DNA of 56,075 nt, counting the filler, from Rhizaria sp. SCN 62-66 (lineage: Eukaryota): assembly GCA_001724265.1 (NCBI GenBank). It is 4 parts of 4 records of this genome, joined end to end, with 100 filler letters (N's around TTAATTAATTAA, not from the genome) between each part and the next. Parts side by side here need not be neighbours in the genome. Positions count along the whole stretch, not along the records: positions 1 to 14,161 come from MEDY01000707.1; positions 14,262 to 38,738 come from MEDY01000708.1; 2 more parts are not named here. One strand, given 5' to 3'. Positions 12,001 through 22,040 of this stretch are shown piece by piece; positions within the stretch are counted from its first letter, which is position 1, and every line of letters starts with the position of its first letter. The position numbers were made by a program, and so were the translations under genes. The notes beneath the pieces were generated by a model. The model saw only the letters and a list, made by a program, of their open reading frames with translations, made no database searches and was not told the DNA's origin.

Positions 12001-14161
12001 GCGCTTGAGTTTAGCATTGGCGCCGACAACCCGCCTGTCGAACTTGCAGTGCTGGCACAGCCTGCTTTTGCAACACGCTCTGCGGTCAAGCTGGAGCTGC
12101 TGCGCAACGGACTGCCACTTGGTGTACCTTGCTCACTGATGGCAACATCTAGTAGTGCAGCTGCTCGCGTGCGTGCACTGACAGTGCAGCTCACTTCTAC
12201 AACGTATGCTGCAATTAACTGTCACGAGAGTGTGGCGCCGACGGACAACATTGCGCTCTCAGTCTCATTCCCCACCAATGATGGCTCATACGATGTGGTC
12301 ACAACGAACTACATTACGGCATGGCTGCGCTCGACTGTACGCATGCTAACTGTAATGCCGACTGGCGTGGCAGCTCCAACAACGCTTCCTGTCTTTACGC
12401 CGTTCTACGTTGAGTTTGATACGGAGATCCGCGTTGAGCGCTACACAACAAACAACTACCGGCACTCGGCCGGCGGTGATGCGTGTGCCTTTGCACCGAT
12501 TGCAAGTCTGTCCAAGTTGCTGCACATTAGGAATGATGACGAGTATCAAGCTTTAATCGCTGCAGGTGTCATATCGGAGCAAATGACCGAACGCGTCAAC
12601 CTCATCTCGACAAACACGCAGCGTCACACTGTACTTGCGGTCTGCAGCACCGCGGCAGTGGCTTTAGGTACGAGCGTTGATTTCACACTCGCGCGTGTTG
12701 GCGACTCATACATCTATCCTGCACGGCTATCAAACCACGCAAGTGTTGTGAAGATCAACTTCACACCTAAGGCCGCTGTATATGATGCAGCACGTGCACC
12801 CAACCCTCTTGGCGCGACGCCAATGACGGATATTGCGCCTTATGAGTACTTTGTCGATACGTTGCCGCTGTCACTCACACTAGAGTGGGTTCTGCCTGTT
12901 GTACGTACAAGTTCCATGACTGTTTCCGTGTATATGCTCAACAATGCGCCTTGCTACTTCAACAACAATACGAACATCACCAGCGCAAGTGCTACTGTGT
13001 TGCCCGAAGATTCAGAGTCTGGAGCGATAGTGTTCACTGTAGTCTGCACCGTGATGCGGTACTCTGAGCAATTTTTCACGCGCATTACAGATGACGGCAC
13101 GGGCAATGTCGTTGCAGAGTTGACAGCGCTTCAGGTGCGCATTACTGGGCGCATTACATTGACAGCGGCGCTGCCTACCACAGATACAGCTGTTGCAGGC
13201 ACGCTTGATTTGACTGATAGCACCAAGACAGTTAGTTTCCCTCGTGCGGTTACAGTTCCAATGACGTTGACATTCCGTCCACCGCTTGCTGACAACGGCG
13301 TGATTCAACTCAGCTTTACAAACCCTTCTGCCGACTGTTTCTTCAAGGCCTCTGCAGTGAATGCGGCTGATACACTCACAAAAGACTCTTATCTTGTGGC
13401 CGGTCTCTCGGAGGTTGCTTTCTCAATCACATGTGCCCACCCCGCGTCAGACCCGCCCCGTGTTAGTGCCGTGTTTGCCGAGAACTCTAAGGTATATTAT
13501 GACCGCTTTGAGTCCAGTGGACTCCAGACTAAGGGTGAGCTGCGGCTGACGATCAACAACAATGCTACCGCTTCTTACTTGAGCTTCGTTGTGCGTGAAA
13601 CGTACATTATTAGTGGTGAGTTTGTGCCCACACCGAAGCTTTTGCAGACTGTGCCCATCAAGCAAATCACTACGCCTGGTGATTGTGTGTTTCTGTTGAA
13701 TGACGGTGCGGCGCTCTACACGCGGGAGCCCGTGTTCAAACAAAAGTCCCTCACAGAACCGTTCTTCGCGCGCATGGTATGCCGTCGTACGCATGGTGTT
13801 GGTTCGATTCTCTTGATTACAAGTGACGCATACACAGGCGAGACAATTGGCCCGACTCCTGTGTGGGGCCTGATTGGAATGGATTTCTTTGTCCCTCCAA
13901 ACATTGTGGGCGTCAACCGAGAAATTACTGACCTTGTGGCGCGTGAAAAGTTCAGCACCACTGCGGTGACATCTGGCGCAGCGGAACTTCCAACTCCATA
14001 CGTGCTGCGCGTACCGGCGACCAACACAACGCAAGTGCGGGTGCGCATGATTCCGTCGGTATTGGCAATGACCATTGTGTACGTTACTTTCACAAAGACC
14101 AACGGTCTCTGTGGCTTTACAACCTACTCAGAGTTGGGTGATGCTACTTTTTCGTACACTG
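2..14161 (+). CDS. Giant (>4,700 aa, partial at both ends) intronless S/T/A/V-rich multi-domain protein, probably secreted or cell-surface; one frameshift at 957-972, so possibly a pseudogenised allele
   Basis: Frame 2 is open from base 2 (WYSAGVESLFNSVGGVRGTIRFCD...SCSDITLLT). The frame-1 ORF (796-14217 in the track) continues in the same style from 973 (PSGSVTPSGDY...) to the contig end. Removing one TTCTCACA copy fuses them. Low charge, alternating hydrophobic beta-strand pattern, paired Cys, many N-x-S/T sequons. Confidence 0.85.
957..972 (+). repeat. Perfect 8-bp tandem duplication TTCTCACA-TTCTCACA causing the frameshift in the giant gene
   Basis: 957-964 and 965-972 are identical. Deleting one copy gives ATC ACG CTT CTC ACA CCG TCA GGC (ITLLTPSG) and restores one ORF. 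Confidence 0.9.
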
Positions 14162-14261
14162 NNNNNNNNNNNNNNNNNNNNNNNNNNNNNNNNNNNNNNN
14201 NNNNNTTAATTAATTAANNNNNNNNNNNNNNNNNNNNNNNNNNNNNNNNNNNNNNNNNNNN
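14162..14261. other. Artificial contig linker (N44-TTAATTAATTAA-N44, stops in all six frames)
   Basis: 100-bp N spacer with TTAATTAATTAA at 14206-14217. Confidence 0.98.
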
Positions 14262-15546
14262 TTATTTGACGGAAGTTTGACAAAGTTGTATGGCTATTTC
14301 AAACTGCCCCTTCCAGGCGCGTTTTTGCGTTTTCCATAAACCTCTACATCAGGGGTATATTGAAGCAAAGCGTGCGTGTTCAAGTTATATATATCTCTGG
14401 TCTGGTAGCAGACAAACCATCTTAAGCTTACTATTATATGATTGAAGTCAATCATCAGTTGGGAGACTCGGTGACCAATAAAATCGACCGTCCAACACAA
14501 ATATGCTTACCTATATCTTCTCATCTCATGCTTTAAGGTGCAATTTTTAGATATTAATATTGAAGATATTTTTGAAATTTATATTTCCAATGCTCATGGA
14601 TATTGCAGCTTTTTGTTAGTTTGCAGGTGTCGGAAGTTTTCATTCTTGATTCTATTGATGCACTCGGGGGCCGAAATCGGTGACGCTTTCAGACTTGGAC
14701 GACCACTCGAAGACCCCGAACGCTGTTAAGTTTGCAAGTAGGAATGCTGCAAAATGTCTTTTCTATTACTGGCTGCTCACTTTAAAACCCCCACAATCAA
14801 TGTTAAGCTTACAACTTAGAGCGAAGCTTGATCAATCAATTGACAGAGGTGACATCTTCTCTGAAATCTAAAAAATCGGGTGCGTCCTCCATCAGACAAG
14901 AGTACGATCAATAATTGTTAAATAAAAGAAAAATATATCGTAAATAACCCTTGCTCTGCTGCTACTTCAAGTTATGATGCTCATTTGACTATCTTTTGAG
15001 GATAAACAGCTGATCTCCTGCCAGGGAGTAATCCTTTTACTTTGGTGGGTGCTTGCTGCTGGTGGCGCTTGACGAGGGGTCAACGGCTATGACCGCCAAC
15101 CGACTATCTTTTAAGGACTAATGCGACGTATAAACACATGAGATGGGACTGTTTCTTCATGTCATCACGTTGATATACGCTGTTTTCTATTGAAACTGTA
15201 CTTGTACTTCCAAATATTGCGCGGAAGTCCATCGAATATCAGGCTGGAGCAGTCGCGCTTCCGAGCTGCTGCAGAGACGACCGTTCGAGAACTTCCTTCG
15301 CAGATCTCAGCCTTTCTTTCAATGTTCTCACGGTATTAGATTCACCAATGAAATCAACACTCACATTACTATCTAATATTGTTTTATCGTTTTCAGTGTC
15401 GCTTTTCGCCAGTCCCGACCGGCGTTTCCCCGCACTCCCCCCACAAACACCACAAGGGTCTCGCCCCCCACCCACTTTCTCGCGGCGTTTCACCGCCAAC
15501 CTTTGCTTAGCCTCTTTTTAAAATTGCACACCCGCCTTTCACCAGC

Positions 15547-16981
15547 ATGTTTGTTCACGAGCGTGCAGCTGAGCTGAAGGCTCGCTCACAGTTTGCGCTG
15601 ATTTCCTTCTCCCGCACCCTTGTCCGCGGGATCGTCAGCGCGGCCGATGGCGTACGTCTCTCTTTCTCTCTCTTGACCTCAACAATCCCTTCATTTCCCG
15701 ATGTGAACGTACTCATACCCAACAAATGACTTACCCGTTTGCGACTTTATTCGATCTGTTTGCTTTCTGTTTTCTTTTCTTCTGCGGACACAGACCGTCC
15801 ACTTCCTGAGCTCTATCGCGAGCCGCAAAGTCGGCCGCCGCAAGAGCAGCCGCAAGGCGCGCCGCGTCACCATCACGGGCTCGGCCTCCCCGTCACCCGC
15901 GCGGCCGCTGACGACACATCCGGCGCGGCTGGACGAGATGGCGCGCAAGCTCGAGGACGCCAACGCGGCGACGCTGGAGCAGGAGGAGCGTGTTCGTCAG
16001 CTCGAGCGTGAGAACGCCGCCGCGCAAGAGGCCGCCGCTGCTGCTGCGGCCGCCGCGCAGGAGGCCGCGGCCGCCAAGGAGGCCGAGGTTATGGCCCAGC
16101 TCAAGGCACTGCAGAAGCAGATGGAAGATTTCATGGCGCTGCAGGCGCGCACGGCACAGCAGCAGCTCGAGGCCGCCGCGGCCGCCGCGGCCGCCGCTGC
16201 CGCCGCCGCAAGCGCAGGCATCCCGCCCCCGCCGCCGAATCTCTTCGACGACGACGTACCCGCCGCCGCCGCCGGGGGCGCGCCGCCGCCGCCGCCGCCC
16301 GACTTCGACTTCAACTTCGACCTCCCCAGCGACGTTCTCGTCATCTCCAAGCCCAGCAAGACCGCCAACGCCAACGCTAACGCGCCCGCAGGCATGCGCG
16401 GGCTCGTGCTGCCCCCGCCCGGCGAGCGCCCTCCCGGATGGGGCAAGCGCGTCGAGCGCCAGGTACGCATATACTTGCGACATTCACGTTAAATTCCAGC
16501 AATTCTGCCTGCCGCTAGATTCTGACTATTTGTTTTTGTTTTTGTTGTTTTTTGTTTTTGTTGTTGTTCTTTGCTCTTTGCTCTCACCTCTAGGAGCGCC
16601 CGCTGCCTGCGCCGACGGGCCCGATGAACTTTGCTGAGTTGATCTCGCGCCAGGGCGGCAAGTCTGCGCTGCGCAAGACCGACGTGCAGCGCTCCCCGGG
16701 TGGCACTCCAGTGCATAAGGAGAAGAAGAGTGACTGCGAGCCCTTCACCACGAAGCTCCGTGAGAAGTTCAAGGTACGATATAAACGCCGTGAATTTTCG
16801 CATGAATCCAAACTATTGCCTACTCCATTTCATTAAGAACATCTTACTTTGATATTTATTCTTAATTCTTTTATACTAACTTGAATCTGTGTTGTGGTGT
16901 CACTTTGTTTCTTCTGTGTAGAACGTCAACATGCCTGCCGAGGTCCTGAACGACGAGGACCACGAAAACTGGGCCGCTTAA
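15547..16981 (+). CDS. PRR11/MTFR1-like proline-rich protein with coiled coil and C-terminal WH2-central-acidic (VCA-like) tail; exons 15547-15651, 15794-16462, 16594-16773, 16922-16981
   Basis: Three GTACG...AG phase-0 introns join the exons into one ORF ending TAA. It has a coiled coil (LEQEERVRQLERE), polyproline tracts, MNFAELISRQGGKSALRKTDVQRSPGGTP...FTTKLREKFK (resembles the PRR11 C-terminal LRKVDVERSPGGTP...ALRRKF motif as I recall it) and a C-terminal DEDHENWAA. Confidence 0.75.
15652..15793 (+). other. Spliceosomal intron, 142 nt, GTACGT...CAG, phase 0
   Basis: Pyrimidine-rich; removal joins ...SAADG to TVHFLSS... in frame with the 15938 ORF. Confidence 0.8.
16463..16593 (+). other. 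Spliceosomal intron, 131 nt, GTACGC...TAG, phase 0
   Basis: T-rich with a long TTTTG tract; joins KRVERQ to ERPLPAP in frame. Confidence 0.9.
16774..16921 (+). other. Spliceosomal intron, 148 nt, GTACGA...TAG, phase 0, TACTAAC branch site at 16874-16880
   Basis: AT-rich with a canonical branch heptamer; joins REKFK to NVNMPAE. Confidence 0.9.
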
Positions 16982-18131
16982 ACAAAGCGCCCCCGATAAA
17001 CGTCATAATTTTAAGCTCTTGCTCTTAATCAAGACCGGGATAAGCTCCATAACAACAACCACTCGAGTTTGAGGACATCTTTCGTAGAGGCTGTGTCACT
17101 CTGGCTCGTGGAGCGAGGTCACATGTTGGATGCGGAAAGCAGCGACACATGCATTTTAAGCATCACAAGACCACGCATTTTCTAAACGAAATAGTAGTAC
17201 TAATAACATCTCAAAACCAGTTCGCACGGATCGCGTGTGGACACAAAAACAATACCAAAACAAAATACACTGTAGTACGTACATCAAGTAACTTTCACGA
17301 TTGCGTTTCGTAACGTATTTGTGGGTGCTCGGTCACTCAGTCATTGAGCAGAGCTTCAATCATAGCATTGCTACCTGATTTCGCAACCAGAATCTTAGCA
17401 ATATTCATCAACACTCTTTCGTAGGAGCAACTGGATTCGCCAATGCGAGTCACTTTCCATCGTTACAATGCTGTCGGAACTGCTGGTTCGATTGAAAACC
17501 TGGATTCTCGAAGTAATGCCACGTGTGAGAGTTCGTTTATATTTGTTCACTGTTATAATCAAAGCCAGTTGATGCAATGTTATGCTTTAACTTTGCTGTT
17601 ATCTCACATTGATGGCGTTGATAGCTTCTCTCTGTAGTGAGGGGTGTTAGATGACGTTTGTGGTGGAAATCATCAAGGCGATTTTCGAGATCATACGTCG
17701 TCTCATGGGATTAATATGAAGATTTTAAGAAATAATCCCCAAGATACATTACGAGTACAATGCCAATTTAAGTTTGTGAGAGCTTCGCAGCAAGGGTTTT
17801 ACGTCTTAATGATCAAATATGCTTTTCACCACAAAACGTTTTTCCATGGTTTCGGATATTGCGAGCATCCACAAAGAGGAGGGTCGCTTTGTACACAATT
17901 AAGAGTAGCCCACAAAGACAGCCGAATCAACTGCCATAAATTGTTTTCAATAGTTCATTTTAATTTATATACATTTACTGATTTTGTTATTTCTATGGGA
18001 GCTTCTACTTATCTCTACACGGCCTCTAAGCAGAGTCCTTGACAAGTCTGTGTCTGACCGTTTGCATTCCTGTCTTTTGCTGCGGCTCCAGGTTTTAACT
18101 CAGACTCGATACAGATACCCCTCGCATATCT

Positions 18132-21100
18132 ATGAGCAACTCGCGTCGCAAGCTTGCTGACAAGGCCCGCGCGCTTCTGCAGGATGACATCGACGACATT
18201 CGCAACGAGAACCTCGCCAACCCTGCAATGCACAAGGGCGGCCGCGGCAGCAACGGCGGGGGCTACGACGACGACGTCGACGACTACTACGACGATGATG
18301 ACGAGTATTATGACGAAGACTACGAGTACTACGACGAGGGTGACGCCGACGCGGACGCGGACCTCGATGGCAACAACAACAGCGTGGGTGGTGCCACTAC
18401 TGCCCCCGCTGCTTCATCCTCAGGCAAGCAGCAGCAGCAGCTGCCCGCCTTCAACGGCGCCATGGTGACCGATGACCCCGCGCTGGCGGCCGCCGACTTC
18501 ATGTTTGACGACGACGACGATGGCGAGTTTGCGCCCCAGCTCGGCTCTCATAGTGATGAAGCGGGCGCGGACGTGGCCGCCGGCGCGCACGACATCACCG
18601 ACGCCGCGACCGACGCGGCCCGCGCCGCCGCCAGCTCCGGCTCTACTGCTGTCACTGCTGGTGCTGCTGCTGGCGCCGCTGGTGCTGCTGGCTCTGGCGC
18701 AATCCGCCGTGCCGCGGCCCCGGCCTCTGCCCCTGCTGCGCCCGTCGCGCTCGACCTCACCACTATCACAGTGCCCTCCCCGGCCACTGCCGCTGCCGCC
18801 ACGCCGACGACGGCGACGGGGACGGGGACGGTGACTGTGACGTACCGGCGCGCGCGCTTCGCGGACCGGCTGGGCGCGCTGGCAGACGACGTGCTGACGC
18901 GCATCTGCGACTACCTCGGCAACAGCCAGGCGCACTTCACGCTCTACGTCCTCTCGCGGGCGTGCGCGCGCTTCGTCAGCACCAAGGCGATGAACTTCGC
19001 CGTGCCGCTGCACAAGCTGCCACCGCGCGTCGTCCTGCACGGGCTGCGGCGCCTGCGCACCGTGCCGACGCTGAACCTGGCCAACTGCACGCGGCTGGCG
19101 ATCCTGCCGCAGATCGCCGCCGCCGTCGACTGCCGCGCCGTGCGCTCGCTCTCGCTGGCCAACCACAAGCTGCTTACGCCCGTGCTGCTGGGCGACCTGG
19201 TCGAGCGCATGACGGCGCTTGCGCACATCGACCTCAGCGGCTCCAACGCCACCGACTCGTGCCTAGACCCGCTGCTCGCCGCGGCGGCCGCGTCGCTGCG
19301 CAGCGCCGACGTGTCGGACACGAAGCTCACGACCAGCGGGCTGCTGCGGCTGCTGCGCGCGTGCCCCGTGCTGGAGCGCCTTGTTGCGCGCGGACTGCCC
19401 GTGTCGCTCGAGCTCTGCGCCGGGCTCGCGCGCCACGCCGCGCTGCGCAGCGTCGACCTCTCGCGCTGCCGCAGCCCACATGGCGTGCTCATCGTCTTCC
19501 CGCCCGCCGCGCCGCTGGCCGAGTTCGTGTGCAGCAGTCCCGCGCTGCCGGCGCTCACGCTCAGCTGCGCGGGCGTGCGCACCGTGCGCGTTGACCGCGC
19601 GCCCGCCGGCTTTGCGCTCACGCTCGCCGTCCCGGCCGCGGAGACGCTGAGTCTCGAGCGCGGCCGCAGCGACACCGAGGTCACGGTGATGCCGTACTTC
19701 TCTGAGCCCACGGCGCTGCTGAAGCGCGACGCGGCGGCGACGGTGGTGCTCGACTGCACCGATCTCGCTCGCCCCAGCACGTGGAATGCCGCGCCCGGCT
19801 CGCGGTACCACGAACTGTTACTCAACGAGTACGCGAACAATGTGCGGAAGATTGAGCACCGCGCCACGCGCGCGCCCGCGCATCCGCTGCTGCCGCGGCT
19901 CAAGACGCTCAGTCTTGCCGGGTGCAAGTACGCGCCTAACACGCTGTCGCAGCTATTTGCCCACGCACCCGCGCTCAAAACGCTCAACCTCGAGGCGTAC
20001 AAGGAGACGGAGCGCCGGCTGTGGCTGAGCATGATGGCCGGCAACGCGCTGCAGAACCTGACGGCGCTGACCATCAACCCGTACGCGGTGATCCCGGCCG
20101 CCGAGAGGGATCGGCTGATTGACGTCATGTCCGCCGCGGTGTTCGAAGACGAGCAGCGCGCCGCGCGCGACGCTCAGTACAACAACAGCAACAGCAACGA
20201 CAACGATGATGATGACGATGTCTGGGGCCCGAACCGCAACCACGACAGCGACCCGTTTGGTCTCGGTGCCATCGACAGCAGCTTTGCTAAGAGTTCCAGC
20301 GGCGGCGGCGGTGGCGATGAGGCTGACGCGCGCAGCAGCTTCGACGTGCGGTCGTTCGCGCTGTCCGACTCCGCGAGCGCGTACTCATACGCTTCGGCTA
20401 ACGCGATCCGCGCGCTCGCCACAGGCGCCGTTACGGCGGGCGTCAGCGGGCTTGACTTTACCGCCGCGCGCGCCGCCGTCGCGGCCTTCAACCGCGATAA
20501 CGCGCGTCCGCTTGACTGGGACACGTGCTCCGTCGCCTCGGTGCGCTCGGCGCTCTCCGCGGCGGCCTCGCTCGCCAACAGCAGTATGGCCAACGATGCC
20601 AACGCTAATAAGGGCGGCGCCAAGAGCGCTGCCTCTCGCACGCGTTCCGTCGCGGGCTCCATTGCGGGCTCGAGCGGCGGCTTCAGCCTGGTGTCCAATA
20701 TCAGCACGCAGAGCGTTAGCAGCCTGGGCTTCGGCTGTGTCGCATCGTCGTCGATGCAGTTTGTGTCGCGACAGCCCGCGGCGCTGGTGGCGCCCGCGGC
20801 CGGCACCCGCGCCGCCCGCGCCGCCGCCGCCGCCAAGCGCGCCCGCCTCGCCAGCAACAGCAACAGCAACAGCAACAAGAGCAACAGCAGTAGTGGCTCG
20901 TTGCGTGACAGCTGGGTCGACTTCAATCTGACTGATGACTTGGAAGATGACGCGGACCTGGCGCTCACGCTCACGCCCTCGGGCGCGGCGCGTGTGATGA
21001 GCAGCGAGGCCCCCAGCGAAACGCTTAGCCGCGAGCTGAGCCGGGCCCTCACCGGTGACACCGAGGATACCGACGCCGACGCTGCTGTGACGGTGGCGGT

Positions 21101-21602
21101 GGCGCGCGAGACTGCGGTTGCTACGGGCTCCAAGGTCAGGGCTGCTCCAACCGCCGGTGCTGCGGCCGCTGCGCCTGCGCCTGCGGCTGCGCAGGCGACG
21201 GCGACTGCGACTGCTTCCCCCGTTCCTGAGGATGACGACGAGGATGGGCAGGGGACTGACTTTGAGTTCGATGCCATCAGCTTGACTAGCAATGGTGGCT
21301 TTCAGAAGAAGTCCACGGCGGCCGCGACGGTTGCTACGCGTGACGCTCCGGCGCCCAGGGCTGAGTCGGCTGAGTGTGACTCCGGCGCTGTCGAGGCTGA
21401 TGGGGCCAAGGCTGAGGTCGTGAAGACGGGCGCTGACGGCGGCGTTGCGGGCGTGTTCGCGCCGCGCACGTGGATGGACGCGCCGCTGTGGAACGCGGGC
21501 GCGGCGAAGCTGGCCGTGTTCGAGCCCCTCAAGGACTGGGATCCGATCGAGGACAACGAGGACGACAACAGCGTCGGTGACGAGTTCGAGTTGCTCGAGT
21601 AA
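18132..21602 (+). CDS. F-box / leucine-rich-repeat (FBXL-like) protein, 1156 aa, intronless
   Basis: F-box-like LGALADDVLTRICDYLG...LSRACARF, followed by LRRs (LNLANCTRL, LSLANHKLLT, IDLSGSNATD, VSDTKLTTSGLLRLLRACPVLERL, VDLSRC, LKTLSLAGC). Acidic/Tyr-rich N-terminus and disordered C-terminus; ends TAA. Confidence 0.8.
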   Translation: MSNSRRKLADKARALLQDDIDDIRNENLANPAMHKGGRGSNGGGYDDDVDDYYDDDDEYYDEDYEYYDEGDADADADLDGNNNSVGGATTAPAASSSGKQQQQLPAFNGAMVTDDPALAAADFMFDDDDDGEFAPQLGSHSDEAGADVAAGAHDITDAATDAARAAASSGSTAVTAGAAAGAAGAAGSGAIRRAAAPASAPAAPVALDLTTITVPSPATAAAATPTTATGTGTVTVTYRRARFADRLGALADDVLTRICDYLGNSQAHFTLYVLSRACARFVSTKAMNFAVPLHKLPPRVVLHGLRRLRTVPTLNLANCTRLAILPQIAAAVDCRAVRSLSLANHKLLTPVLLGDLVERMTALAHIDLSGSNATDSCLDPLLAAAAASLRSADVSDTKLTTSGLLRLLRACPVLERLVARGLPVSLELCAGLARHAALRSVDLSRCRSPHGVLIVFPPAAPLAEFVCSSPALPALTLSCAGVRTVRVDRAPAGFALTLAVPAAETLSLERGRSDTEVTVMPYFSEPTALLKRDAAATVVLDCTDLARPSTWNAAPGSRYHELLLNEYANNVRKIEHRATRAPAHPLLPRLKTLSLAGCKYAPNTLSQLFAHAPALKTLNLEAYKETERRLWLSMMAGNALQNLTALTINPYAVIPAAERDRLIDVMSAAVFEDEQRAARDAQYNNSNSNDNDDDDDVWGPNRNHDSDPFGLGAIDSSFAKSSSGGGGGDEADARSSFDVRSFALSDSASAYSYASANAIRALATGAVTAGVSGLDFTAARAAVAAFNRDNARPLDWDTCSVASVRSALSAAASLANSSMANDANANKGGAKSAASRTRSVAGSIAGSSGGFSLVSNISTQSVSSLGFGCVASSSMQFVSRQPAALVAPAAGTRAARAAAAAKRARLASNSNSNSNKSNSSSGSLRDSWVDFNLTDDLEDDADLALTLTPSGAARVMSSEAPSETLSRELSRALTGDTEDTDADAAVTVAVARETAVATGSKVRAAPTAGAAAAAPAPAAAQATATATASPVPEDDDEDGQGTDFEFDAISLTSNGGFQKKSTAAATVATRDAPAPRAESAECDSGAVEADGAKAEVVKTGADGGVAGVFAPRTWMDAPLWNAGAAKLAVFEPLKDWDPIEDNEDDNSVGDEFELLE

Positions 21603-22040
21603 GAGGCTTATGTAGCGATTTATCTTGCGAGTAGAATATTTTTCAGTTTGTATACAGTAGATTTGATATTGAATACACATAATAATACGTGCGTGGTTCC
21701 CATCTTCAAGTTGAAGTCGCATTGAATACGTCTGTAACGTAACACAGCGTTGCGAGACTTTTTTGTGGTCGGATGGCGCGGTTGGACGGCTTGAGAAGTC
21801 GGCCAGCAACACAAGGATCGGAAGCTATGTCATCAACGAAATTACATTGTTTTGAGGCAGGTTATGAATTTAATGCACTGTTTTCTGAATAATATCGTTT
21901 ATGATTTTCAACAAACCCTCATCTGGCATCGCACAACTTTCAAGACGCGACCTTTTCCTCGCTCCACAGTCGCACAACTTTATCACCAGGAATTTTGACC
22001 AGGCGCGAGCACTTTTGCCGTCTTTGAGCAGCGCTTTGGG

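Noticed and set aside
14206-14217. TTAATTAATTAA as a biological palindrome or as the stop of the giant ORF
   Set aside because: Artificial linker repeated identically at all three gaps. ORF ends reading XXXLIN are artefacts.
17443-18042. Two same-frame short ORFs separated by TAG TGA
   Set aside because: No recognisable domain, AT-rich codon usage unlike host genes, and TGA would still stop even if TAG were read through.
18132-18370. Asp/Tyr-rich N-terminus resembling HBS1-type leaders
   Set aside because: Compositional similarity only; no GTPase domain follows.
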